A stretch of 64,000 bases of DNA, taken from a virus. The DNA lies in IMG/VR virus record IMGVR_UViG_3300043395_000420, positions 1 through 64,000 of that record; one strand, given 5' to 3'. Under the pieces are notes generated by a model, which was not told the DNA's origin, searched no databases, and was given only the letters and a program-made list of their open reading frames with translations. Positions 9,597 to 19,752 of the stretch are shown here, in pieces (the stretch's first letter is position 1; every line of letters begins with the position of its first letter). The translations under genes were made by a program, and so were the position numbers.

Positions 9597-10068
9597 AAGT
9601 TTAGATGAGATGATTATTCTCAATGATTCTACGTATGACAGAGTATTGGATATGTTATGTAGTCCTGATAAGGACAATGTACAAGTTGCTGTTAGTATTA
9701 TTGAAGCTGTAGATTTTCAAAAGAATGCTCCGTATATCTTGTTGCTTGCAAAAGATGCAGAAGCAAAACTAAGTAGGGATAATAATCCTTTTAGAACAGA
9801 TATGTTTACTGAAGGAGTTGTTGAAGTTCCATCTAGTTTTAATCATGAGATTAGAACTATGATACAAGCATGTACTAATCAAGCTGATAAGTTAAACTAC
9901 AACGCCATGTATGAAGAACTTACCAGAATAAATACTGATACTGTTGCTATGAACTTCTTCTTAGAAAGATTTGCAGATGCATTAAAGGATCACCTTCTAC
10001 AATGGGGTTTCACATTTGTAAAAAGCATGGACTTAAAACTAGTACCTAAAAATAAAACTAATGAGTAA
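9589..10068 (+). CDS. hypothetical protein; stand-alone copy of the motif shared with 12512 and 13639
   Basis: LNDSTYDRVLDMLCSPDKDNVQVAVSII aligns with the C-terminal domains of the two downstream paralogs. Confidence 0.75.
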   Translation: MTKSLDEMIILNDSTYDRVLDMLCSPDKDNVQVAVSIIEAVDFQKNAPYILLLAKDAEAKLSRDNNPFRTDMFTEGVVEVPSSFNHEIRTMIQACTNQADKLNYNAMYEELTRINTDTVAMNFFLERFADALKDHLLQWGFTFVKSMDLKLVPKNKTNE

Positions 10069-11263
10069 TCAAGACAGTCTAGCAAAGACCAGTAAAGAAC
10101 TTATGTTGAAGGAACCATTCTATGGTTTACTTCTACTAAGTCTTAACAAAGAGTGGTCTAAAAGAGTTCCTACTGCAGGTGTCAGTAAGAATGCTATTAA
10201 TTTCCAACTTACTATTAATGAAGATTTCTGGAATTCTCTTAGTGAGAATCATAAGAGAGGTCTTCTTAAGCATGAGTTATTGCATATTGGTTTCTTCCAT
10301 CTACAATGTCAAGATGAGTTTCCTAATAAGAAACTAGCAAACATCGCTATGGACATTGAGATTAATCAGTACATTGATGAAGATGATTTACCTGAAGGTG
10401 GTTGTACTCTAGAAACATTTGCTCAGTATAACCTACCTCCTAAAGCTGGTTGTAGAGAATACTATAGACTACTACAGGAAGCTGCAGATAAAGAACAGCA
10501 ACAAGGAGGTGGTGGTAAATCTAAACTTGAAAAGATTCTTGATGCTATGTCACAGGGTCTATCTCATGATGAAGATGGAGACCCAGTTCCTGATCATAGT
10601 ACATGGGAAGAGTTTGAAAACATGAGTGAAGCTGAAAAGAAATTACTTCAGAGTCAGTCAGAGTATATCTTAAAAGAAATTGCAGAAGCTGTAGAAAAAT
10701 CTAGGGGTACTATTCCCGGAGAGTTCCAAGGTATTATTGAAAGACTAAGACACATAGAACCTCCCAAGTTTGATTGGCGTAGTTATGTTAGAAGATTTGC
10801 AGGTGGATCTAATGAAGTATTTACCAAGAAACTTAGACGTAAAGACAACAAGAGATTTGAAGAAAACCCTGGTCTCAAGATTAAAAACAAGAGACATCTA
10901 TTAGTTGCTATAGATACTAGTGGTTCTGTAAGTGATAAAGAAGTTAAGGAGTTCCTTAATGAGATTCATCACATACATAAAACTGGTAGTGAGGTAACTA
11001 TACTACAATGTGATACTACTATTAGGAGTATTGAAAAGTTTAAACCTAACCAAGACATCACCTTACATGGTCGTGGAGGTACTGACTTTGATCCTGTCTT
11101 AGAGTATTACAATGAGAACACAAGAAAGTATACGTGTATGTTCTATCTAACAGATGGTGAATGTGACACAACTGTAAAACCAAAAGGTAAAATGTTATGG
11201 GTAATCTCTACCCGTGGAGAAATCAACAAAGGTCTTCCAGGCCCACAAATTAAATTAAACTAA
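10061..11263 (+). CDS. metallopeptidase-like + vWA domain protein (DUF2201 type)
   Basis: HELLH zincin motif, NIAMDIEIN, MIDAS DTSGS, GRGGTDF, TDG. Confidence 0.88.
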   Translation: MSNQDSLAKTSKELMLKEPFYGLLLLSLNKEWSKRVPTAGVSKNAINFQLTINEDFWNSLSENHKRGLLKHELLHIGFFHLQCQDEFPNKKLANIAMDIEINQYIDEDDLPEGGCTLETFAQYNLPPKAGCREYYRLLQEAADKEQQQGGGGKSKLEKILDAMSQGLSHDEDGDPVPDHSTWEEFENMSEAEKKLLQSQSEYILKEIAEAVEKSRGTIPGEFQGIIERLRHIEPPKFDWRSYVRRFAGGSNEVFTKKLRRKDNKRFEENPGLKIKNKRHLLVAIDTSGSVSDKEVKEFLNEIHHIHKTGSEVTILQCDTTIRSIEKFKPNQDITLHGRGGTDFDPVLEYYNENTRKYTCMFYLTDGECDTTVKPKGKMLWVISTRGEINKGLPGPQIKLN

Positions 11264-11270
11264 AAAAGAA

Positions 11271-12455
11271 ATGGCACAAGTAAGTCTAAACACAGATGAG
11301 TTAAAGAACTTTGTTCAACACATTGTAGATAACAACAAGTATATTCAGGAGAATGGTAAAATTCCCGTTGCTGTAAATATTGAGGGTGAAGCAGGTATTG
11401 GTAAGACTAGTACTATCCTGCAGTTTGCTAAGGATAATAACATGCATTTTGTAAAATTATCTTTGAGTCAGCTCGAGGAGTTAGGTGACTTAGTAGGTTT
11501 TCCTATTAAGGAGTTTCAAGTTGTTAAGACTACAGATGATGGACAGAAGGTTACCAAGTGGATACCTGAGAACATTATGCCTATGTATATCCAGCAGAAG
11601 TATGTACCTACTGGGGAAAAGCGTATGACACATGCTCAACCAGAATGGATTCAAGGTAAGGGAGAGAATGGTCTCTTGATTCTTGATGACTATACTCGTG
11701 CAGATGCTAGGTTTATGCAAGCTACTATGGAAATCATTGACCGTCAGGAGTATGTATCATGGAAACTTCCTAAAGGATGGACTGTGTTACTTACTAGTAA
11801 TCCTGATAATGGTGATTACCAAGTAACATCTCTTGACAATGCTCAGAAGACTAGGTTTATTACAGCATATCTAAAGTTTGATATTGACTGTTGGGCTAGA
11901 TGGGCAGAAGAAAATGAGATTGATACTCGTTGTATTAACTTCATGTTGTTACATCCAGAACTAGTTAAAGATAAAACTAATGCTCGTAGTATTACCACAT
12001 TCTTTAACTCTATTTCTAGCTTTGAGAAGTTTGAAGATAGTCTTCCTATGATTCAGATGATTGGTGAAGGTTCTGTAGGTGGTGAGTTTGCTACTATGTT
12101 TACTATGTTCATTAACAACAAGTTAGATAAGTTGATTACACCAAAAGATGTATTGACTAATGCTAGTTGGGAATATGTAAAAGGTCAGCTTAATGGTTGT
12201 ATTGGTATGGCAGGTAACTACCGTGCAGATATTGCTAGCTTGATGACTACTCGTCTTATTAACTATGCAGTACACTATTCTAATGGTAATACTGTAGACC
12301 AAAAGATGATTGACCGTATTACTAATCTTATCACAGAAGATGTGTTTAGTAATGACCTTAAGTATTACATTGTTAAAGGTATACTTAATGGTAACAAACA
12401 GAAGTTTTCCAAGCTCATGCTTAACCCTGAAGTTGTGAAGATGACTGTGAAATAA
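11271..12455 (+). CDS. MoxR-like AAA+ ATPase
   Basis: GEAGIGKT, LILDDYTRA, TSNP, LDNAQKTRF, NARS; adjacent to the vWA partner. Confidence 0.85.
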   Translation: MAQVSLNTDELKNFVQHIVDNNKYIQENGKIPVAVNIEGEAGIGKTSTILQFAKDNNMHFVKLSLSQLEELGDLVGFPIKEFQVVKTTDDGQKVTKWIPENIMPMYIQQKYVPTGEKRMTHAQPEWIQGKGENGLLILDDYTRADARFMQATMEIIDRQEYVSWKLPKGWTVLLTSNPDNGDYQVTSLDNAQKTRFITAYLKFDIDCWARWAEENEIDTRCINFMLLHPELVKDKTNARSITTFFNSISSFEKFEDSLPMIQMIGEGSVGGEFATMFTMFINNKLDKLITPKDVLTNASWEYVKGQLNGCIGMAGNYRADIASLMTTRLINYAVHYSNGNTVDQKMIDRITNLITEDVFSNDLKYYIVKGILNGNKQKFSKLMLNPEVVKMTVK

Positions 12456-12462
12456 TAATAAC

Positions 12463-12498
12463 TGTTGGTGAGCCGGGAGAAATCCCGGTTCATTAACA
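12463..12498 (+). other. stable RNA hairpin (16-bp stem, GAAA tetraloop)
   Basis: tgttggtgagccggga-GAAA-tcccggttcattaaca pairs fully with 3 G-U wobbles; no U-tract. Confidence 0.75.
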
Positions 12499-12511
12499 TA
12501 ATCTTACAAAC

Positions 12512-13642
12512 ATGGTGACTAAACTAACAGATAAAATATCTGATTCTAGTATCCCCAGTAAATTAAAATTTGTAGAAGAAACTGTAAATTATATTTATCT
12601 ACCTGATATAGATAACTATAGAAGTAAGGTACTAGTTACTGAGTTACATCTAGTTAATAGAGAGTCTTATAACAAACTTGGAAATCTATTAGCAGGTAAT
12701 GACAAGTATACTATTCAAAAGAAAGACAGACTGTTTGTATTCCCCGGATGTACTATTCCCGCATATAAACTTAAAGAGTATGCTAAGAATGCAGGTGCTG
12801 TAATAGTAAAGGATATAGAAAAAGCAACTGTGTATCTAGGTAATACTAGTGGTTTGTTTGAACCCGGGTATGACGAAAGATACCAGCTTCCTGATAAAGC
12901 GCTAGCAGGTGTTATAACAAGTACTACGTTTATTCCCTGTAATGACCATACTAAAGATTTTGTGGCTAGTAAAAACATAACACATATCTTTGATGAAGAA
13001 CCTCATACGAGACTTAGTCATGGAAGGTATCTTATAGGAGGTGCTGTTACTAATCACTTTAGTAAGTACAATTATTGTCCTAATGATCTAATACTAGATA
13101 AGCCTAGTTCTGTTTGTGTAATAACTAATGGAGGTTTAGATCTTATATTTAAAATACTTGCTAACAAGATTCCTGTTGTTTCAGAAGAGCACTTCCTAAA
13201 GTCTCATGGTAAAATGATTCATCTAGATCAAGACTTATATAATAGTTTAGATATGATGTTCAACAGTCCATCTTCGGAAGATCATTTGACAGCATGTAAG
13301 ATTTTATTTAACTGTGATGTTACTGATGAGCCATATCTAATATGGAAACTTTCTAATAAGCATTACTATAAAATAGGTACGTCAGATAACAGAAGAACTA
13401 AAGACTATAAGTTATTTAATTCTCTTAGTAAGTTTGAGGACTATAATGGTATGGATGAGCACGAGTTACTCCCTGATCTTGCTAAGGCAGGTAGACTAAC
13501 TGAAGAAGACTATACCCGTATTGTTAATGACTTATCAGATCATGCCTATAAGTATTGTACAAACTTTGAAGATGAATATCTTAATCAAAGTTTTACATGG
13601 AAGTACACATATGAAGAATACATAAATAAATATTCAAAATGA
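12512..13642 (+). CDS. hypothetical protein with BRCT-like segment, paralog of 13639..14766
   Basis: KKDRLFVFPGCTIPAYKLK..AVIVKDIEKATVYL plus shared C-terminal motif. Confidence 0.8.
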   Translation: MVTKLTDKISDSSIPSKLKFVEETVNYIYLPDIDNYRSKVLVTELHLVNRESYNKLGNLLAGNDKYTIQKKDRLFVFPGCTIPAYKLKEYAKNAGAVIVKDIEKATVYLGNTSGLFEPGYDERYQLPDKALAGVITSTTFIPCNDHTKDFVASKNITHIFDEEPHTRLSHGRYLIGGAVTNHFSKYNYCPNDLILDKPSSVCVITNGGLDLIFKILANKIPVVSEEHFLKSHGKMIHLDQDLYNSLDMMFNSPSSEDHLTACKILFNCDVTDEPYLIWKLSNKHYYKIGTSDNRRTKDYKLFNSLSKFEDYNGMDEHELLPDLAKAGRLTEEDYTRIVNDLSDHAYKYCTNFEDEYLNQSFTWKYTYEEYINKYSK

Positions 13643-14766
13643 AAATACCATTTAAAACATTAGACTACGCATATGACGTAGATATTGTAGATCATGTTCC
13701 TTATTTAAAGACAAACCCTATTGAGATACTAGATGAAAAAGTTTTTACTGAAGATGGTAATTACTGGGGTATACAAAGAGCTGTAGAAAACTTATACAAA
13801 AGTACATTCTCTAATAAAGAACTAGATCTTAAACCAGGTAATACTATTTACTTTGATAAAGGATGCAAGGTATCTCGTGAGAAACTAAAAGGTTTACTTG
13901 AGAGAACTAACTGTAAAGTAATCCGTGATCATAGTAAAGCTGATATTGTTATTACATCCCTAAGTTCATTTGAGAGTGTATTTAAACGTACAAACTATCA
14001 TAAGTATAATACCTTAAACTATGTAAAACCTTTTAGTCATGATAAAAGATTTAATCACGGTATTCTTATGGAGCAAGATGCTGCAGAAAAGATTAGTGAG
14101 TTGATAAAGAATCATTACCCTAGTTTATTAGGTAAGAGACAGTCTTGGAGTAATATAAAAACTTGGTATGATGTAGGAACTAATAATGTTTTTCTAAAGT
14201 CTGATATCATGTCTAGTATTACTATGCTATATCATGAATCTAAGGGTAATGTATATGATGAATCCGCTATACTTAAACTAATGGGTGAGACAATCATTGA
14301 CTTAGATGGTTACAAAAGTATGTGTAGTATGATGGAATCCTCAGATAAGGGTAACCATAATATTGTAATGACGATCATGGCTAACTGTAACTATGAAAGA
14401 AGTATAGGTTATATTATGATGTTACTCTTTAACTATGGTTACAAGATGTGGGATAATCCTCTTAGAAACAGTGTAGCATTTAAAGGTGTTGTTTCATATG
14501 TAGGTCTTAATGCATACAAGCTTAACTATAACTACGGAAATGTTCTGAAGGTATGTTCTGAGAAAGGTATTCTTACCCAAGATATGATTGATATTATATA
14601 CGCAGAAGGTCTAAATGAAATCGGATATGATGAGCAGCATCTAACTATTACTAGTTATGATTTTAACCCAGAAGTAAAACAAAAACTTTATTCAAGATTA
14701 GAAAATGATAACAGACTTTCAAGCGGAGGAGAAGTTCTACAAGAAGAAGTTCAGCTTCAGTTATAG
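13639..14766 (+). CDS. hypothetical protein with BRCT-like segment, paralog of 12512..13642
   Basis: PGNTIYFDKGCKVSREKLK..KVIRDHSKADIVI plus shared C-terminal motif. Confidence 0.8.
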   Translation: MKIPFKTLDYAYDVDIVDHVPYLKTNPIEILDEKVFTEDGNYWGIQRAVENLYKSTFSNKELDLKPGNTIYFDKGCKVSREKLKGLLERTNCKVIRDHSKADIVITSLSSFESVFKRTNYHKYNTLNYVKPFSHDKRFNHGILMEQDAAEKISELIKNHYPSLLGKRQSWSNIKTWYDVGTNNVFLKSDIMSSITMLYHESKGNVYDESAILKLMGETIIDLDGYKSMCSMMESSDKGNHNIVMTIMANCNYERSIGYIMMLLFNYGYKMWDNPLRNSVAFKGVVSYVGLNAYKLNYNYGNVLKVCSEKGILTQDMIDIIYAEGLNEIGYDEQHLTITSYDFNPEVKQKLYSRLENDNRLSSGGEVLQEEVQLQL

Positions 14767-15673
14767 TAGTTTAAACAAACTACTTTTTGTACCAAACACA
14801 TTTTATAAACATTATATTCTCGGAGAACGTGAAGATAAACTTGATCCTCATTTAATTGAGGGTCGAGCTCTTCATTGCTTACTCCTTGAGGAAGAGAAGT
14901 TTAATGAATACTTTACGGTATCATTAGCAAATCTTCCTGGTGATAATGCACGTAAAGTTATTGACAAAGTATATTTTAACTCTTGCCAAGAAGGGTGCGA
15001 TCATATATCTTTGTCATCACATGAGGTAATCATACTTGATGTTCTGAGAGAGATTAATCTACACCAAAGTCTTAAGACTGATCAACAACGTGTAGAGAAA
15101 ATACTCACTGCAGAGAACATTAACTATTATGAGTTTCTTAAATCAAAGGGTTCCAAGACTGTTATAGATCAGGAAACCTATGATAAACTTAAAGGTTATG
15201 TAGAGATCATTCGTAGTAATGCATCTGTTACTAGCTTACTTCAGTTAGGTTCCCCTAACAGTTGGAGTGAGGTGCCACTAGAAGCAGATACACAGTATGC
15301 GTTTGGTTTGAAAGGTATCATAGATAATTATACCTATGATCCTGCTACTAAAGTTGTTACAATTAATGACTTTAAAACCACAGGTAAAACCATTGCCGAG
15401 TTTAAAGAAACTGTAGACTATTACAAGTACTGGTTACAAGCAGCCGTCTATTACAAACTAATAGAAGCAAATGTTAAAGATGTTTCAGAGATCAGATTTA
15501 ATTTCATAGTAATTGATAAGTACCAACAGGTATTCGCGTTTCCTGTATGTACTGCTACATTGCATAGCTGGATCTGGCAACTGGATGAATCTTTAATGAA
15601 GGCTGATTACCATTATAGTAATAGAAGATATGATTTACCTTATGAGTATATTGTAAATAAGGTAACCTTATAA
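14705..15673 (+). CDS. PD-(D/E)XK exonuclease (RecE/DUF3799-like)
   Basis: SYSSL, G.A.HC..LE, E..L..LKG.ID..DFKT, Y.LQAA.Y. Confidence 0.85.
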   Translation: MITDFQAEEKFYKKKFSFSYSSLNKLLFVPNTFYKHYILGEREDKLDPHLIEGRALHCLLLEEEKFNEYFTVSLANLPGDNARKVIDKVYFNSCQEGCDHISLSSHEVIILDVLREINLHQSLKTDQQRVEKILTAENINYYEFLKSKGSKTVIDQETYDKLKGYVEIIRSNASVTSLLQLGSPNSWSEVPLEADTQYAFGLKGIIDNYTYDPATKVVTINDFKTTGKTIAEFKETVDYYKYWLQAAVYYKLIEANVKDVSEIRFNFIVIDKYQQVFAFPVCTATLHSWIWQLDESLMKADYHYSNRRYDLPYEYIVNKVTL

Positions 15674-15676
15674 ATT

Positions 15677-16234
15677 ATGATTAAACAAGTCTTTACATCC
15701 TATACTCAAAAATCCAGGTTATTCCTGTTTCCTTTATTAGGGTTTCCTAGAAATTCTACAACTAATCCGTTACAAACATATATATCCTGGGAAGGAATAT
15801 ATGCAGTATCTGATATGAATTTAATATGTGAATATCCTAATAGATTAGATAAAGACTTTAAGGACTTTGAAAAGAAAATGTTGAATCATATCTATTTTCT
15901 TGATTACAAAGAAACTGAAAACGACAGCAGCGTGTACATATTTGATATGAATGCATATGCTGATGCGTGGGGAAAGTTTCTGACAGGTAAATATTCAAAC
16001 TTTGACGTAAGTCATAAAAAGAAAATAAGATATTACTTTTCAAATAATGCAACATCTTCTGAGTATATCGACAGTTATTTCTCTCCTGAAAGATACTATA
16101 ATCAGTATAGTAAGATATTAGGAGTAGAAACTTCTTTATTAGAAAGTGTCGGAGAATTGTGCAGTATTCCTGATTTAGTCCAGGAAAATCTAATAATTAA
16201 AATCAAGGATGTAGAATTTTCTAACTTTGGTTAG
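15677..16234 (+). CDS. hypothetical protein (crAss-like conserved neighbour of the nuclease)
   Basis: KS..FLFPLLG..F..GKYS pattern; 185 aa. Confidence 0.75.
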   Translation: MIKQVFTSYTQKSRLFLFPLLGFPRNSTTNPLQTYISWEGIYAVSDMNLICEYPNRLDKDFKDFEKKMLNHIYFLDYKETENDSSVYIFDMNAYADAWGKFLTGKYSNFDVSHKKKIRYYFSNNATSSEYIDSYFSPERYYNQYSKILGVETSLLESVGELCSIPDLVQENLIIKIKDVEFSNFG

Positions 16235-16242
16235 TATATTTG
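16235..16242 (+). promoter_or_regulatory. Bacteroidota -7 promoter element (TATATTTG)
   Basis: Exact TAnnTTTG in the intergenic gap 18 nt before the ORF-polB unit; -33 element not evident. Confidence 0.5.
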
Positions 16243-16260
16243 AAACCCTAAAACCAATTT

Positions 16261-16647
16261 ATGAATAATATGTTATTAATCACATCCTCATGGAAAGAGG
16301 GTAAAACATTCAAAATGATTCCTACAACTAAGGATTGTCCTTTTGTAGAATGTATTTATGATCAACAAGTACAAGTATTAGCCGTGATCGGTTCCTCTAA
16401 GAAGGATACTTTTCATATGCTGACTAAACTTGATGCTAATGGAGATCCTGAAACAAGAAAAATTCCAGCACGTAATGGTAATCCTTTTAAGGAAGAACGT
16501 CGCAGTGTTGAAACTTTTCAAGAATACTACATTGAAAACCTAGATGAGATACGTGCGTTTATCAAAATGTTTGCTACTAATGCAGCAACTTTTGACTACG
16601 AACAGTATCTTACATTGCCTACATCAGAGGTTAATACTGCAGAGTAA
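16261..16647 (+). CDS. hypothetical protein
   Basis: 128 aa, TAATG-coupled to polB. Confidence 0.75.
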   Translation: MNNMLLITSSWKEGKTFKMIPTTKDCPFVECIYDQQVQVLAVIGSSKKDTFHMLTKLDANGDPETRKIPARNGNPFKEERRSVETFQEYYIENLDEIRAFIKMFATNAATFDYEQYLTLPTSEVNTAE

Positions 16648-18638
16648 TGGCTAACTGGGTAATGGACTATGAAACTCTTATCAATTGTTTTGTAGCAGTA
16701 TTTACTAATCATAAAGAAGATCAAACTAAAGTATTTGTAGTACATAAACTACGTGATGACTTTAAAGAGTTTCATGAGTTCCTACATGACAATAAGTTTG
16801 ATCAGTCATGGCATGTATCTTTTAATGGTATAGCATTTGACTCTCAGATTACTGAATATCTACTACGAGAAGGTGATGAGTTACTAGGTCAAGACCCAGA
16901 GTTTATTGCGCATAGTATTTATCTAAAGGCACAAGAAACTATAGAGCGTGCTAATGCTGAGGAATTTCCAGTATATTCTGAGAGAGACCTCAGCATACGG
17001 CAGCTTGATCTATACAAACTAAACCATTGGGATAATCCCGCAAAAAGGTCTAGTCTTAAATGGATTCAGTTTTCTATGGACTGGCATAATGTAAGAGATA
17101 TGCCTATTCATCATAGTACGTTTATCAAAACACAGAAAGAGATTGATACTATTATAAGTTATTGTATTAATGACGTGGCTAGTACTAAACAGATTATGAT
17201 GCTCAGTAAAGAGCAGATACTGTTACGTAAAGCCTTGACTAACGAGTACAATATAAACTTATATAGTGCTTCAGAACCCCGGATATCTAAGGAGTTATTC
17301 TTACACTTCTTGAGTGCCAAGACTGGGATAAAGAAGTATGATCTCAAACAAATGCGTACTAGAAGATCTGAGATTAAGGTGGGAGATATTATTTTACCAT
17401 ATGTAAACTTTAAACGTAAAGAGTTTAATAATCTACATGATAAGTTTAAATCTCTTGTTATAGATCCTCAAAACTTAAAAGGTGCCTTTAAATATTCTAT
17501 TACTCATAAAGGAGTAAAAACAGACTTTGGTTTTGGTGGTGTACATGGTGCTACTAAAGCTGGTATATATGAAGCAAAAGATGGTATGATCATCATGACT
17601 TCAGATGTTACTAGTTTCTATCCTAATCTAGCTATTAGAAACGGATGGTCTCCTGCACATATTCCAAAACATGAATTCTGTGAGCAGTATGAATGGTTCT
17701 TTGAAGAAAGAAAGAAGATACCTAAGAAAGATCCTAAGAACTATGTATATAAGATTATTCTTAATAGTACATATGGTCTTAGTAATGAGGAGAATAGTTT
17801 CTTGTATGATCCTGAGTTTACTATGCGTATAACTATGAATGGTCAACTTAGTCTAATGATGTTATATGAGATGCTATCAGAAGCAATTCCTGGTAGTATT
17901 CCATTGATGCAAAATACAGACGGTCTAGAGATGATGATTCCCGCTAGTTACAAAGATGTATATCTTGATGTATGTAGTAAATGGGAAGAGATAACAATGC
18001 TTCAACTAGAACATGATCAGTATGAGAAAATGATTATCGGTGATGTAAATAATTACATTGCTGTGTTTAAAGAAAAAGAACTGTCTAAAGAAGATTGGGA
18101 GAATATGAAAAAGAAAACTCCTTATTATGTTTATAAACAAAGAGATGGTAAATATTTCTTTAACGCCACTAAATGTAAGGGTAGATTTGAATTCTCTGAT
18201 CTGGCCCTGCATAAAAATAAGTCTGCCTTGATAGTTCCTAAAACTATCTATCAATATTTTGTACATAATCAGGTCCCTGAAGTATATATGCAGAGTAACC
18301 GAAATATCTTTGACTATCTAAAAGGTGTAAAGAAGAAGGGAGACTGGCATTTTATAATGACCTGTTTTACTAAAGGTAAACGAATTGACACAGAGTTACA
18401 GACTATTGTAAGATATTATGTATCTAATAAAGGTTGTAAAATTATTAAAGTCAATAAGTCTGATGGTAGAGAAATACAAGTAGAGTCTGGTAAATGGTTA
18501 CAAACAGAGTTTAATCTTTATGAAATTAAACCTTGGGATGACTATGATATTAATGATGAGTATTATCTAGCACAAGTATATCGTGAGATAAACCTGATTA
18601 GTAAAAAGAAAGAAAATTCACAACTAACTTTATTTTAG
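16647..18638 (+). CDS. polB: DNA polymerase family B with 3'-5' exonuclease
   Basis: ExoI DYE, FNG..FD, YCINDV; motif A DVTSFYP, motif B KIILNSTYG, motif C NTDG. Confidence 0.93.
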   Translation: MANWVMDYETLINCFVAVFTNHKEDQTKVFVVHKLRDDFKEFHEFLHDNKFDQSWHVSFNGIAFDSQITEYLLREGDELLGQDPEFIAHSIYLKAQETIERANAEEFPVYSERDLSIRQLDLYKLNHWDNPAKRSSLKWIQFSMDWHNVRDMPIHHSTFIKTQKEIDTIISYCINDVASTKQIMMLSKEQILLRKALTNEYNINLYSASEPRISKELFLHFLSAKTGIKKYDLKQMRTRRSEIKVGDIILPYVNFKRKEFNNLHDKFKSLVIDPQNLKGAFKYSITHKGVKTDFGFGGVHGATKAGIYEAKDGMIIMTSDVTSFYPNLAIRNGWSPAHIPKHEFCEQYEWFFEERKKIPKKDPKNYVYKIILNSTYGLSNEENSFLYDPEFTMRITMNGQLSLMMLYEMLSEAIPGSIPLMQNTDGLEMMIPASYKDVYLDVCSKWEEITMLQLEHDQYEKMIIGDVNNYIAVFKEKELSKEDWENMKKKTPYYVYKQRDGKYFFNATKCKGRFEFSDLALHKNKSALIVPKTIYQYFVHNQVPEVYMQSNRNIFDYLKGVKKKGDWHFIMTCFTKGKRIDTELQTIVRYYVSNKGCKIIKVNKSDGREIQVESGKWLQTEFNLYEIKPWDDYDINDEYYLAQVYREINLISKKKENSQLTLF

Positions 18639-18640
18639 TT

Positions 18641-19693
18641 ATGCCCTTTAAATTAACAATGGGTGCATCTCCGGAGAGTTATCTTCGGGATGCATCTCTC
18701 ATACCCTCTCATGGTGGAAGGTATAAAGTAATTACAAATTCAAGTATTATTGATTTAGTAAAACAAGAACTAGCAGCAGCTAATCTTGTGGTAGACAAAT
18801 CATTGTACTCTTCTAATGGAAATGTTTCAATAGGTAACCACTATATATCTTATGGTACAACTGAGAATATAGGTATGGTATTTACCTGGGTTAACTCTTA
18901 TGATAAGTCTACAAGATTCCATTGTAGTATTGGTCTACACTTTAAAGACACAGATGGTATCATGATTACTTCTGATATGGCATTCTTTATGCGTAAGCAT
19001 ACTGGTACCGCAGATGTAGAAATGGTTGATGCTGTAAAGGACCAGATATCTAGAGCTGACTATTTATATAATGAGTTGCTAAATAGAAAGTCTCAACTAG
19101 AAACCCAGATCATAAGTAAAGATGAGATGGGTGATATTATTGGTAGAGCATTTGTTAATGATCATCTAAAGCCAGACCAACTTACTTCTGTTAAATGGAG
19201 ATATGAGAAGGCAGGTAATGATGATATTACTCTATGGAATGCTTATCTAATTCTAGCAGCATCTATTCAGCACTCACATCCAAAGAGTTATACCAGATCT
19301 CATATTGGTTGTTTTGATGTAGTATATGAAAAGTACTTAACTAGGTATGCATTAAGTCTAACACCTAATCAGATTAGTGAACAAGTAGCATTGTCTATAA
19401 CTCCGGAAGTTGCTGATAATCAGATGAGTATCTTTGATGTCATTGATGAGCAAGATTCAGAAATACAGGTAGACATGACTAATGATTTACTAATTCCTGG
19501 TTTTGATTATGATGTAGATAAACAAGAAGTATTTGACTTTGAAGAAGAAGTTGTACCCTTTGATACTACACCAGTACCAGATGCATTCTATGAAGATCAA
19601 GTTACAGAAGAAAAAGTAGAAAATAATTTGCCAGAATCTGATGAATTATTTAACTTTGATGGCGTAGACCAACTTGATTTACCTGAACTTTAA
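18641..19693 (+). CDS. DUF932-like protein with long acidic tail
   Basis: Y..I.N, NSYDKS, RKHTG, TLWNAY motifs; D/E-rich C-terminus. Confidence 0.6.
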   Translation: MPFKLTMGASPESYLRDASLIPSHGGRYKVITNSSIIDLVKQELAAANLVVDKSLYSSNGNVSIGNHYISYGTTENIGMVFTWVNSYDKSTRFHCSIGLHFKDTDGIMITSDMAFFMRKHTGTADVEMVDAVKDQISRADYLYNELLNRKSQLETQIISKDEMGDIIGRAFVNDHLKPDQLTSVKWRYEKAGNDDITLWNAYLILAASIQHSHPKSYTRSHIGCFDVVYEKYLTRYALSLTPNQISEQVALSITPEVADNQMSIFDVIDEQDSEIQVDMTNDLLIPGFDYDVDKQEVFDFEEEVVPFDTTPVPDAFYEDQVTEEKVENNLPESDELFNFDGVDQLDLPEL

Positions 19694-19698
19694 TATAT

Positions 19699-19748
19699 GA
19701 CCCGGGGGTGTGCAGACCCTTGCATGCCCCTTCTGGGTCTAACTTTTT
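19699..19748 (+). terminator. GC-rich hairpin / probable terminator
   Basis: gacccgggggtgtgca-gaccct-tgcatgccccttctgggtc followed by taactttttg. Confidence 0.6.
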
Positions 19749-19752
19749 GATT

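Noticed and set aside
16647-18638. Intein or intron in PolB (or DnaB)
   Set aside because: Motifs are contiguous at normal spacing; no intein C..HN signature or frame break
19708-19752. GTG start at 19708
   Set aside because: Lies within the GC-rich hairpin; ATG 19753 is more plausible
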